Under the pieces are notes generated by a model, which saw only the letters and a list, made by a program, of their open reading frames with translations, was not told where the DNA came from and did no database searches. The position numbers were made by a program, and so were the translations under genes. From Chitinophaga pinensis (GTDB taxonomy: Bacteria; Bacteroidota; Bacteroidia; Chitinophagales; CAMDFR01), in NCBI GenBank assembly GCA_945897725.1, contig CAMDFR010000007.1:22022-86021 (forward strand): DNA of 64,000 nucleotides, given 5' to 3'. Positions 40,130-48,691 of this stretch are shown in pieces; position 1 is the stretch's first letter; each line of letters opens with the position of its first letter.

Positions 40130-40897
40130 ATGAAAGTTGTAATTATTGGATCGGGAAATGTAGCTTGGCATTTAGTGAATGCCATTCATTCGACTACGCA
40201 CCAGTTGATTCAATTGGTTAATTTGAATACTCATAAAATTTCTGAAGATTTTGAAAGGTTTAATATTCCTGTTGCTTGTCAGCCATCAGAAATTAATCTT
40301 AGCGCGGACATTTACATTATCGCAGTAAGTGACAATAGTATTGAAAACCTTAGCTTACCTATTTTTCAGAACAAACAAATAGTTCTGCATACTTCAGGCA
40401 TCGCCGACATCAATACACTTAAAAATTATGGGAGTAATTATGGTTGCCTTTATCCTGTTCAATCGCTAACAAAAGGCATTGCAGTCGATTTTAGTAAGAT
40501 CCCTCTCATCATTGAATCTTCCAATGAAATGACCAAAGAGCTGTTGATGAACTTTGCTTTGTCCTTAAGTCCTTATATCCTATCCTTGCCGCTGCATAAA
40601 AGAAGCGTATTGCACCTTGCTGCTGTGCTTGTCAATAATTTCACAAATCATTTATTCGTGCAGGCGAAAGAATTGATGGATAAAGAACGCATGTCTTTCG
40701 ATCTTTTAAAACCTTTGATCGCTGAAACAGTGAATAAGTTAAATAATCTGACACCTCTTGATGCACAAACAGGTCCCGCGAAAAGAAATGATGAAAGTAC
40801 CATCAGATTGCATGAAAACTTAATGCAAGACAATCAACGCTTACTTCGTATTTATGAACTCATGACGCTTTCTATTCAACATCAATCCAATCAATAG
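40130..40897 (+). CDS. Rossmann-like NADP-binding protein with a DUF2520 C-terminal domain (ProC/ketopantoate-reductase-like).
   Basis: MKVVIIGSGNVAWHL dinucleotide-binding motif. The C-terminal GPAKRND...LH region is typical of DUF2520. Confidence 0.65.
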   Translation: MKVVIIGSGNVAWHLVNAIHSTTHQLIQLVNLNTHKISEDFERFNIPVACQPSEINLSADIYIIAVSDNSIENLSLPIFQNKQIVLHTSGIADINTLKNYGSNYGCLYPVQSLTKGIAVDFSKIPLIIESSNEMTKELLMNFALSLSPYILSLPLHKRSVLHLAAVLVNNFTNHLFVQAKELMDKERMSFDLLKPLIAETVNKLNNLTPLDAQTGPAKRNDESTIRLHENLMQDNQRLLRIYELMTLSIQHQSNQ

Positions 40898-41791
40898 ATG
40901 ACTATCATTCATTGGTTCACATTGATACGATGGAAGAATATAGTAATGCTCCTTTGCACCATATTGCTTTTTAGGTATGCTGTGATAATTCCTCTTGCTG
41001 AGAATAATCTTGTTCTTAGCAATCCTTTTTTTTATTTACTACTCTTAGTTGTTTTATTAGTTGCAGCAGCAGGCTACATGATTAACGATGTTTATGACCG
41101 CGCAATCGATGCTGTGAACAATCCAGCAAGAGTACTCATAGGCAAAAGCCATGCCCTTATCAAACATATTTTTTTAGTGTATTATTTGCTCAACTTCTTG
41201 GCAAGCATACTGGCATTCGTGGTATGTTGGAAACTTCAAAAGTTGAATGTCTTTATGATGGTCCTTTCTTGTATTGTGTTTTTATGGCTTTATGCTATTC
41301 GGTTAAAGAAAATGCTACTCATAGGCAACTTGGTCATTTCATTGCTTGCTGCACTCAGTATCATCATCATTGGAATCTTTGAACAGGAAATTAAAATCAT
41401 TTTAGCATCGTATATCTTGGGTGCTTTTGCATTTTTAACTACCTTATTGCGTGAGTACATCAAAGACGTAGAAGATATTGATGGTGATAGAAGATTTGGT
41501 GTTACTTCCTTACCAATTGTGATGGGAGTGAAGCGTTCTAAGTATTATGGTTTTCTTGTGCTACTCTCAATAGTATCATCACTCGTTTTTATTGCACAAA
41601 TTTTAATTACGAAGCACCTTCTATGGTTAGCATGCTCTATCATCTTATTGCTTATTCTTCCTTATATTCTTCTTGCTTTTTTGTTATGGAAAGCAACAGT
41701 TAAAAAAGATTACAGTAGGCTAAGTTTCTTCAGCAAAGTGCTTATGTTGCTAGGGCTGCTCTCTTTATTATTCACTACTTTTGTACTCTAA
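40898..41791 (+). CDS. UbiA-family aromatic/isoprenoid prenyltransferase.
   Basis: First Asp-rich motif MINDVYDRAIDAVN (NDxxDxxxD) and a second DxxxD region (EDIDGD). 8-9 TM helices. Its ATG follows the stop codon of the upstream gene directly. Confidence 0.8.
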   Translation: MTIIHWFTLIRWKNIVMLLCTILLFRYAVIIPLAENNLVLSNPFFYLLLLVVLLVAAAGYMINDVYDRAIDAVNNPARVLIGKSHALIKHIFLVYYLLNFLASILAFVVCWKLQKLNVFMMVLSCIVFLWLYAIRLKKMLLIGNLVISLLAALSIIIIGIFEQEIKIILASYILGAFAFLTTLLREYIKDVEDIDGDRRFGVTSLPIVMGVKRSKYYGFLVLLSIVSSLVFIAQILITKHLLWLACSIILLLILPYILLAFLLWKATVKKDYSRLSFFSKVLMLLGLLSLLFTTFVL

Positions 41792-42360
41792 TGACACAAC
41801 ATAAAAAATTAATTCTTGCTTCTAAGTCGCCTCGCCGAAAAGACTTATTGTTCAATGCCAACGTAGCTTTTGAAATCAGAACAAAGGATACTGAAGAACA
41901 TTATCCTGCAGATATTGCCCTTAGGGAGGTACCTGTTTATTTAGCACAGCTTAAAGCAGCAGCCATGATGGATGAGTTACAAAGTGACGAAACATTATTA
42001 ACTGCAGACACTATTGTACTTCTTAATGGAAAAATTTATGGTAAGCCAGAGGATTTTAACGATGCTGTTTCCATCTTACAAGCTTTATCTGGCAACACGC
42101 ATGAAGTGATCACTGGCGTTTGTTTAAAGAGTCATGAAAAGGAGAAAGTTTTTTCTGAAACAACGCATGTTACTTTTAAAGAACTCAGCTTAGATGAAAT
42201 TAAGTTTTATATAGAAAATTATACACCCTTTGATAAAGCTGGTGCCTATGCCATCCAAGAATGGATTGGCTTGATTGGTATTACAGGTATTAGAGGTGAT
42301 TATTATAATATTGTAGGATTGCCGATTCAACGAGTATTGACTGAACTAAAAACATTCTAA
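41791..42360 (+). CDS. maf: Maf-family nucleoside-triphosphate pyrophosphatase.
   Basis: LILASKSPRRKDLL, ADTIV and the C-terminal GAYAIQ motifs. Overlaps the previous gene by 1 nt (TAATG). Confidence 0.9.
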   Translation: MTQHKKLILASKSPRRKDLLFNANVAFEIRTKDTEEHYPADIALREVPVYLAQLKAAAMMDELQSDETLLTADTIVLLNGKIYGKPEDFNDAVSILQALSGNTHEVITGVCLKSHEKEKVFSETTHVTFKELSLDEIKFYIENYTPFDKAGAYAIQEWIGLIGITGIRGDYYNIVGLPIQRVLTELKTF

Positions 42361-42382
42361 CTTGTTGTTGTAATCGAAATGT

Positions 42383-43735
42383 TTGTACCATATGCAGTTT
42401 AAAACAATCAATCCTATAAATAATCAGTTGTCTGTTTCGTTTCCAATGTTGAGCGAAATCGAATTGAACACATGCATCGAGTCTTCGCATAATGCATTTA
42501 AAGACTGGAAATATTTGCCTGCATCCGATAAAAAGTCCTTGCTTGAAGCACTTTCCGCATCGATAGAAAAGGATGCAAGCGATTGTGCAAGGCTCATCAC
42601 TGAGGAAATGGGTAAACCGTTGGCAGAGTCCATTGCTGAAGTTAAGAAGTGTGCTGACTTATGTGCGTTTTATGCGACTCATTTTGAACAATTTCTTGCA
42701 CCTCAGCAGCTAAATGAAAGAGCGGTTGTTTATTATGAACCCCTCGGGATAATCTTAGGGATCATGCCATGGAATTTCCCCTTTTGGCAAGTTTTTCGTT
42801 TTGCTATCCCGGCACTATTAGCCGGTAATACGGTCCTCTTGAAACATGCTCCCAATACACCGCAATGCGCCATTAGAATTGCGAGCTTCTTTCAGAAAGC
42901 AGGATTTCCTTCTGCCATTTTTCAGTCCATATTCGTTGGAATTGATCAAGTGGAATCAATCATAGCAAATCCTTATGTGCAGGGTGTTTCATTGACTGGT
43001 AGTACAGTTGCGGGTCAATCAGTTGCAATGCTCGCTGGAAAATATTTAAAGAAATGTGTGCTTGAGTTGGGAGGTAATGATGCTTTTTTAATCACAAAAA
43101 ATTCGAATGTAGACAAGGTTGTAGAGAAAGCAGTTCAAGCACGCTGTAGAAATAATGGTCAGAGCTGTGTCGCCGCGAAAAGATTTATTGTTGATCACGA
43201 AGTGTATGATATGTTTAAAGCAAAATTGATCGAGGCTTTACATCATTTGAAGATTGGCAATCCTAATGAAGCAGTGAATACCAATGGTCCCTTGGCAAGA
43301 CGAGATTTGTTTGAAAAAGTGCTTGGTCAAATAGAGTTATTGAAACAGAAAAATGCTACACTGGTTTTCGAGTTACAGAATCATTCAAATATGGAAAATG
43401 TAATAGCTCCAGCCATCTGGGAAGTTGATGAAATATTTGATGATGAAATATTTGCACCCATTTTTTTATTGTATAAATCTAGGAATATACATGAAATGAT
43501 TGATTTGACAAATCAGTCAAAATATGGCTTAGGAACTAGTATTTGGACAACAGATACGGAGGAAGCTGCCATGCTTTCCTCTCAAATACATACAGGTATG
43601 GTTTACATCAATGAGATTGTGTACTCAGATCCTTCACTACCTTTTGGTGGCATCAAGCATAGTGGATTGGGAAAAGAACTTGGTCAGGATGGCATCAAAG
43701 AATTTACCAATCAAAAACTCATCTTCACTAAATAA
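42383..43735 (+). CDS. NAD(P)-dependent aldehyde dehydrogenase (succinate-semialdehyde dehydrogenase-like).
   Basis: ALDH motifs ELGGNDAF (catalytic Glu region) and GQSCVAAKR (catalytic Cys), plus the GSTVAG Rossmann region. Confidence 0.9.
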   Translation: MYHMQFKTINPINNQLSVSFPMLSEIELNTCIESSHNAFKDWKYLPASDKKSLLEALSASIEKDASDCARLITEEMGKPLAESIAEVKKCADLCAFYATHFEQFLAPQQLNERAVVYYEPLGIILGIMPWNFPFWQVFRFAIPALLAGNTVLLKHAPNTPQCAIRIASFFQKAGFPSAIFQSIFVGIDQVESIIANPYVQGVSLTGSTVAGQSVAMLAGKYLKKCVLELGGNDAFLITKNSNVDKVVEKAVQARCRNNGQSCVAAKRFIVDHEVYDMFKAKLIEALHHLKIGNPNEAVNTNGPLARRDLFEKVLGQIELLKQKNATLVFELQNHSNMENVIAPAIWEVDEIFDDEIFAPIFLLYKSRNIHEMIDLTNQSKYGLGTSIWTTDTEEAAMLSSQIHTGMVYINEIVYSDPSLPFGGIKHSGLGKELGQDGIKEFTNQKLIFTK

Positions 43736-43764
43736 GTTAGTCTGCAGATAGTTGTCTTTGGTTT

Positions 43765-44763
43765 CTAATAATCTCTGTTATGTACCTTTTCAGCCATGAC
43801 ACGTAGAATTTCTTTTTGTGTATTGTCAACACTAATACTTTCAAGATGTCCTAGAGAAGAAGTATACAACTCTTCAATTTTATCACATGTTGACTCAACA
43901 ATACCATATTTTCTCATGATGGCAACGACTCCGTCAATCTTTTTCTGCTCTTCGGTTTCATCTAATAATTGAAGCAAATGGGTCTTGTCTTCACCTTGAG
44001 CTGCAAGCAATGTATTGATCAGTAAAAATGTCTTTTTGTTATTTAAAATATCACCACCAATGCGTTTCCCAACTTTCGCACCTTCACCAAATGTATCTAA
44101 AAAATCATCCTTAATCTGAAAGCTAAGCCCCAGGTCAAGACCGAATTGATATATCTTTAATTGATCTGCTTTACTAGCGTTGGCAATGATAGCGCCTATC
44201 TGCATGCTTCCAGCAAGTAGAACAGAAGTTTTGAATTTAATCATTTTTAGATATTCCTCTACCGTCACATCCATTCTCGTCTCAAAATCTACATCCAACT
44301 GTTGTCCTTCATAAATTTCTATACTGGTTTGATTAAACACCTCTAGGGCCTCTGCAAGATACCTGGTGGGCATTTTACACAAATACTTATAAGCATACGA
44401 CAACATAACATCTCCAGCTAAAATACCAGCATTGATACCGTACACTTTATGGACAGTTGGTTTGCCTCTTCTAATGTCAGCTTTATCCATAATGTCGTCA
44501 TGCACTAAGGTGAAATTATGAAATATTTCCATAGCAAATGCTGCTTCTAACGCATCCTCAACTTTGCCACCAAACAATTCACATGACATCATTAGGAGGG
44601 TTGGTCTTATTCGTTTTCCTGGAATAGACATGATATGTTTAACGGGCTCATAAAGTCCAACAGGTTCAAAATCAAAATCTTTAATACTAAATTTTTGTTC
44701 GTATAACGAAAATAACTCTTCGGCGGAATGCTGCATAATCAATGGATGGTCGTTTACTTCCAT
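43765..44763 (-). CDS. Polyprenyl diphosphate synthase (trans-isoprenyl diphosphate synthase).
   Basis: FARM LVHDDIMDKADIRRGKPT and SARM KDDFLD motifs. Confidence 0.9.
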   Translation of the reverse strand: MEVNDHPLIMQHSAEELFSLYEQKFSIKDFDFEPVGLYEPVKHIMSIPGKRIRPTLLMMSCELFGGKVEDALEAAFAMEIFHNFTLVHDDIMDKADIRRGKPTVHKVYGINAGILAGDVMLSYAYKYLCKMPTRYLAEALEVFNQTSIEIYEGQQLDVDFETRMDVTVEEYLKMIKFKTSVLLAGSMQIGAIIANASKADQLKIYQFGLDLGLSFQIKDDFLDTFGEGAKVGKRIGGDILNNKKTFLLINTLLAAQGEDKTHLLQLLDETEEQKKIDGVVAIMRKYGIVESTCDKIEELYTSSLGHLESISVDNTQKEILRVMAEKVHNRDY

Positions 44764-45063
44764 ATTGTTAGAAAAAGAATCTTCAGAATCTAATAATAAT
44801 GTCGTGATAAATAATTTACAATTATAGATAAAAAATCTAACAACTGAATGAAGAAATTGTTCAGATGATGTGTTTAATTATCAATGTTTTGCTCAGAATC
44901 AGATGCAAATATCAATTGGCATTTTGCACTTTTATGTAAAATCTCTACTATTCTTATACTCTAATGTCTAAAGTGCTTTGCCACTCAAGCACAAAATGTT
45001 TCAAATAGAAATGATGCTCTTAAGCTATACTGTCATCAATTGATTATGATTTTTGGGTGTATC

Positions 45064-45122
45064 CCCATGGTAAAAACCCATGGGGTCGTGCTATTCGCCT
45101 TACTTCGTGCCGGCTGCTATCA
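45064..45122 (+). other. GC-rich element B. A perfect hairpin CCCCATGG-taaaaac-CCATGGGG (45064..45086) is followed by CTATTCGCCTTACTTCGTGCCGGCTGCTATCA (45091..45122). The latter is the reverse complement of the element A core.
   Basis: Direct comparison with 4268..4306. It lies about 300 nt upstream of, and co-oriented with, the polyprenyl synthase gene when read on the minus strand. Confidence 0.4.
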
Positions 45123-45209
45123 CTTACACATCATCTGTTTCCATCTTTTGTTTGTTCATCAATGCTTGATTCTCTTTGTTAGAGACCTCTTATCATAAAA
45201 GAATAAACA

Positions 45210-45241
45210 TAAAAAAAGCCAACTGAATTTCAGTTGGCTTT
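45210..45241 (-). terminator. Rho-independent terminator of the M43 metalloprotease gene.
   Basis: On the minus strand, AAGCCAACTGA-aat-TCAGTTGGCTT forms an 11-bp stem followed by T7. Confidence 0.8.
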
Positions 45242-45261
45242 CTTATCTAGTATTATGTTGA

Positions 45262-47202
45262 TTATTGTTTAGAGATAAATAGTTTAGTAGAGTATTTAGA
45301 ATTTCCATCTTGTAAAACAACAAAATAGTATCCATTCACTAAGTCATTTGTATTTATTTCAACTTGGTTTAGCCCAGGAGATACGCTAAATGGAGCATGG
45401 CTTAACAATCCACCCATTGCATTGTAAATAGAAACCATGGCAACCGCATCTACATCTGAATTATAACTCACCACAAAATGATCATTGGCAGGGTTTGGAT
45501 AAACAATAAAACCAGTATTCTCATCAACAATATCTATTATATCGCCATCTGTCTCTGTTTCACTTGTTCGAAGCGATGAAGAACTAGTTGTTGCTCTCAG
45601 GGTATATCTTAGACTTGGGCTCGTAGCTCCACTGTATCCAATCACCCTAATATAATAATTGCCAACGGTACCTCGATTTCTAGTATAGCGTTCACTGGTT
45701 GTACCGCTACGTGTTGAAGAGCCAAGCAAGGTTCCTGAAGAACTATAGACATACAAATCGTAATCCAAAGGCAAAGTCGTAAGATCTATTCTGAAATTTC
45801 TTGCCGCAGAAGTAGTGGTAAAGCGATACCAATCTTCGTCTCCAGTAGGACAGATATAAGCAAGGTAATTTGTATTGGTTGAAATAGCTCTGTAAGTGCC
45901 CAAACTATTATTTGGCTCATATGAATCTACACCACAGCTAGGCACAGCAGCGCTAGTAGTAAAAGTAGCACTTGTAGAATATACCGAACTTGATGATGAG
46001 CTACAAACTGTCTGTATTTGATAGTTATAGGTGCTACTAGCTACTAATGATGTAAGAACCTTAGAAGGAGTGGTGGAAGTTGTTGTTGTCCAACTAAGAG
46101 CACCTGATAACTTATATTGAATATTGTAACTAGTTGCTCCAGTAACGGCTGTCCAACTAAGGGTAGCCCCGCTAGAGGTGATCGAACCCGCGGCTAGCCC
46201 AGATGGAGTGGCACAAGGATCAACAACAGCCGGAGGAGTGCAGCCATTAGAGCTTACTAAGCTAACTCTGGCGCCACCTGTAGCAAAAAGGGCCTGAGCT
46301 CTTGTTTTCTGACCAGTCGTGAACATATACATACATCTATCATCAGTATAATCCATATAATTCATCCACATGTCACCATTAGGACCATTACTGCACGTTA
46401 CATGTGGAAAGGCAGGACAACCAAAGTTAGAAGTAGATTGTGTAGGAGTATCTGTTACTAAGTCAGAACCACAAGAGGCATCACCCCAAATATGGCGAAG
46501 ATTTAACCAATGCCCAACTTCATGTGTTGCTGTTCTACCTAGATTATAAGGAGAAGCTGCAGTACCTATATTGCCGAATGCCGTATAAGCAATCACAATA
46601 CCATCTGTAGAGCTAGACCCTCCAGGAAATTGAGCATATCCTAATAGACCACTTCCTAAATTACAAACCCAAATATTTAAATATTTAGTAGCATCCCAAA
46701 CATTGGCACCACCTGTTGAAGAGGATTTTACTCTGTCATTATCAATGAAAGAAGTCGTAGCAGTCGAGACTCTATCTATACCGTTTGTGGCAAGACCCGC
46801 CGGGGTTCTTTGTGCCATGCAAAAAGATATTTCACAATCAGAGGCTAGACTAGAAAATACTGCAGGAACAGAAGTCCTATCAGCATTTAATTTTCTAAAA
46901 TCATTATTTAAAATGGTGATTTGTGATGCTATCTGAGCATCACTTATGTTTTGAGTGGAATTATTGTAGACCACATGCACTACCACTGGAATTGTAATCA
47001 CTGCACGTTCGCCACCAAAAGGATGCGTTGCACGGTATTCATCGGTGAATGTCTCTATTGCATTCATATTGTCAACGATGGAAGGATCGATCGTTTTGAG
47101 CCTTTCTAAATTCTGCATGGTATTGCAACCTCTACTACCTTGTGCATTTATTTGTAGATGCAATAAAAGGGAAAGAAAAATGGCTAGTGATATCTGTTTC
47201 AT
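45262..47202 (-). CDS. Secreted zinc metalloprotease of the M43 (pappalysin/ulilysin-like) family with fibronectin-III and pre-peptidase C-terminal (PPC) domains and a T9SS type-A CTD.
   Basis: Signal peptide. HEVGHWLNLRHIW (HExxHxxxxxH) and a Met-turn (YMDY) downstream. FN3-like region (PSGLAAGSITSSGATLSWTAV). PPC domain (YEPNNSLGTY...DEDWYRFT). C-terminal IVYPNPANDHFVV...YYFVVLQDG CTD. Confidence 0.85.
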   Translation of the reverse strand: MKQISLAIFLSLLLHLQINAQGSRGCNTMQNLERLKTIDPSIVDNMNAIETFTDEYRATHPFGGERAVITIPVVVHVVYNNSTQNISDAQIASQITILNNDFRKLNADRTSVPAVFSSLASDCEISFCMAQRTPAGLATNGIDRVSTATTSFIDNDRVKSSSTGGANVWDATKYLNIWVCNLGSGLLGYAQFPGGSSSTDGIVIAYTAFGNIGTAASPYNLGRTATHEVGHWLNLRHIWGDASCGSDLVTDTPTQSTSNFGCPAFPHVTCSNGPNGDMWMNYMDYTDDRCMYMFTTGQKTRAQALFATGGARVSLVSSNGCTPPAVVDPCATPSGLAAGSITSSGATLSWTAVTGATSYNIQYKLSGALSWTTTTSTTPSKVLTSLVASSTYNYQIQTVCSSSSSSVYSTSATFTTSAAVPSCGVDSYEPNNSLGTYRAISTNTNYLAYICPTGDEDWYRFTTTSAARNFRIDLTTLPLDYDLYVYSSSGTLLGSSTRSGTTSERYTRNRGTVGNYYIRVIGYSGATSPSLRYTLRATTSSSSLRTSETETDGDIIDIVDENTGFIVYPNPANDHFVVSYNSDVDAVAMVSIYNAMGGLLSHAPFSVSPGLNQVEINTNDLVNGYYFVVLQDGNSKYSTKLFISKQ

Positions 47203-47332
47203 AAGTTAGTTTAAGTTATTTTAATAGTAGACTCTTTTACTCTAAAAACCTTCCTAAGGTTACATTTATTTGAAGATAGCTTACTTTTTCTTTGTTATAC
47301 GAAATAATGTATATGTTTATTTGTTTGCTTTT

Positions 47333-47380
47333 TAAAAAAAATACCTCAATGAAACGCTATTGATTATTATTGAGGTATTT
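47333..47380 (-). terminator. Rho-independent terminator of the protein-glutaminase-like gene.
   Basis: On the minus strand, AATACCTCAAT-N18-ATTGAGGTATT forms an 11-bp stem followed by T8. Confidence 0.8.
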
Positions 47381-47409
47381 ATTTCTATTTTGATAAAATA
47401 GGCTTCAAT

Positions 47410-48489
47410 TTATGGACAAGTAATCAATCCGCTATAATTCACAAGTGTCGTATTCGTGCTTGTATAAAATGGATCTGTGTTGAACGATAGACCTGAATAA
47501 CTTGACGGGCTATATGATGATGTTGGTTGTATGTTAATCATAGAAACATTTGCTGCACCAGAGCAAGCAGGATTTTCTTGAAAATGCAACCAAGTGGACA
47601 ATAATACTGGCTGATTAAACATGGCGGGATCAAAAACATAAGATTTAACTCCGGTAGGTGTTTTAACGTTTATCAATGGAGCCACATGATACCACCAATT
47701 GATACAACATCCACCCCATTTGTCACCACGAACACTTAGACTGCTTCCACCAGAATTAGCAAAGCTGAAAATTTTGTGCGTGTCAAAATGATATTTGTTA
47801 TTGATAACATAACACATTTTATGAGCACGAGCATAACAACCATCTTGACAATATTGAAATGAAATACAACGATCTAAAGAATATGGTCCACCAATTGCAC
47901 AGCATTGCGTTGTTAAATAATTAAACATGGCTTGTGCAGTTGCAAGATCAGGAACAACATTTGTTAAGCCTGTAGAGGTGGTAATATTAATGATACCCAT
48001 ACTTGCTACATCATCAATAGATTCGTTTGTTGTGGTTGCTAAATTAATAGTTCTTGATGTCCCAACACTAGTAACAAATTCACCACCACTGGTTCTTGTT
48101 AACTCCTGAACGCTTGGTTTTGATACCTCCTTGATGTTTGCTTGCCAAGGATCAAAGGTTACTTGAACTTTAGTATTTTTTGAAAAAGCAGTTTTAAGTC
48201 CTTCTAGAACAGGCCCTTCGCTTACTTGAAATATTTCTGCATTTTCCAAAAACATCACTTCAGAAATACCTGAGGCATCCGAAGGACGAATTTGAGCAAC
48301 GGTCAGAAGTTGTGTTAATGGCTCATTCTGAACGGCTGGATTTACTTCTGCAACTGTTTGTTTCATTACATCATCAGATTTCATACAATCCATATGATTA
48401 GCTGTTTTTTTGCATGAGCTAAGAACAGTTAAACTGATAGAGAATCCAAATACCAAAGCTTTGCTTACATTCGAAATTTTTCTTGACAT
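47410..48489 (-). CDS. Protein-glutamine glutaminase (protein-glutaminase / protein deamidase) family pro-enzyme; lipoprotein.
   Basis: The C-terminal catalytic domain aligns with Chryseobacterium protein-glutaminase. DGCYARAHKM carries the catalytic Cys, GGCCINWWYHVA the catalytic His (compare CCVAWSYHVA), and VFDPAMF the catalytic Asp (compare IIDPSLF). An N-terminal pro-region is present. The lipoprotein signal MSRKISNVSKALVFGFSISLTVLSSC makes 48489 the likely start. The ORF track offers an upstream in-frame M at 48585. Confidence 0.7.
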   Translation of the reverse strand: MSRKISNVSKALVFGFSISLTVLSSCKKTANHMDCMKSDDVMKQTVAEVNPAVQNEPLTQLLTVAQIRPSDASGISEVMFLENAEIFQVSEGPVLEGLKTAFSKNTKVQVTFDPWQANIKEVSKPSVQELTRTSGGEFVTSVGTSRTINLATTTNESIDDVASMGIINITTSTGLTNVVPDLATAQAMFNYLTTQCCAIGGPYSLDRCISFQYCQDGCYARAHKMCYVINNKYHFDTHKIFSFANSGGSSLSVRGDKWGGCCINWWYHVAPLINVKTPTGVKSYVFDPAMFNQPVLLSTWLHFQENPACSGAANVSMINIQPTSSYSPSSYSGLSFNTDPFYTSTNTTLVNYSGLITCP

Positions 48490-48691
48490 AATGTTATTTA
48501 TTTGATTAGTTGTTTTAATTAGAAGGCTAGTTGCAAAAGCTACTAGATTACTATACAATATTAATATATAATGATAAGACTTCAAAATTTATTTTGCAAT
48601 TCAAAACATTTATTATTTAGAAAAAAAGCAGAATAGTTTTAGCTTTACATGTCGTTAATTATAGTCTTGAATCCTTAAAACCCAAAGCTCT

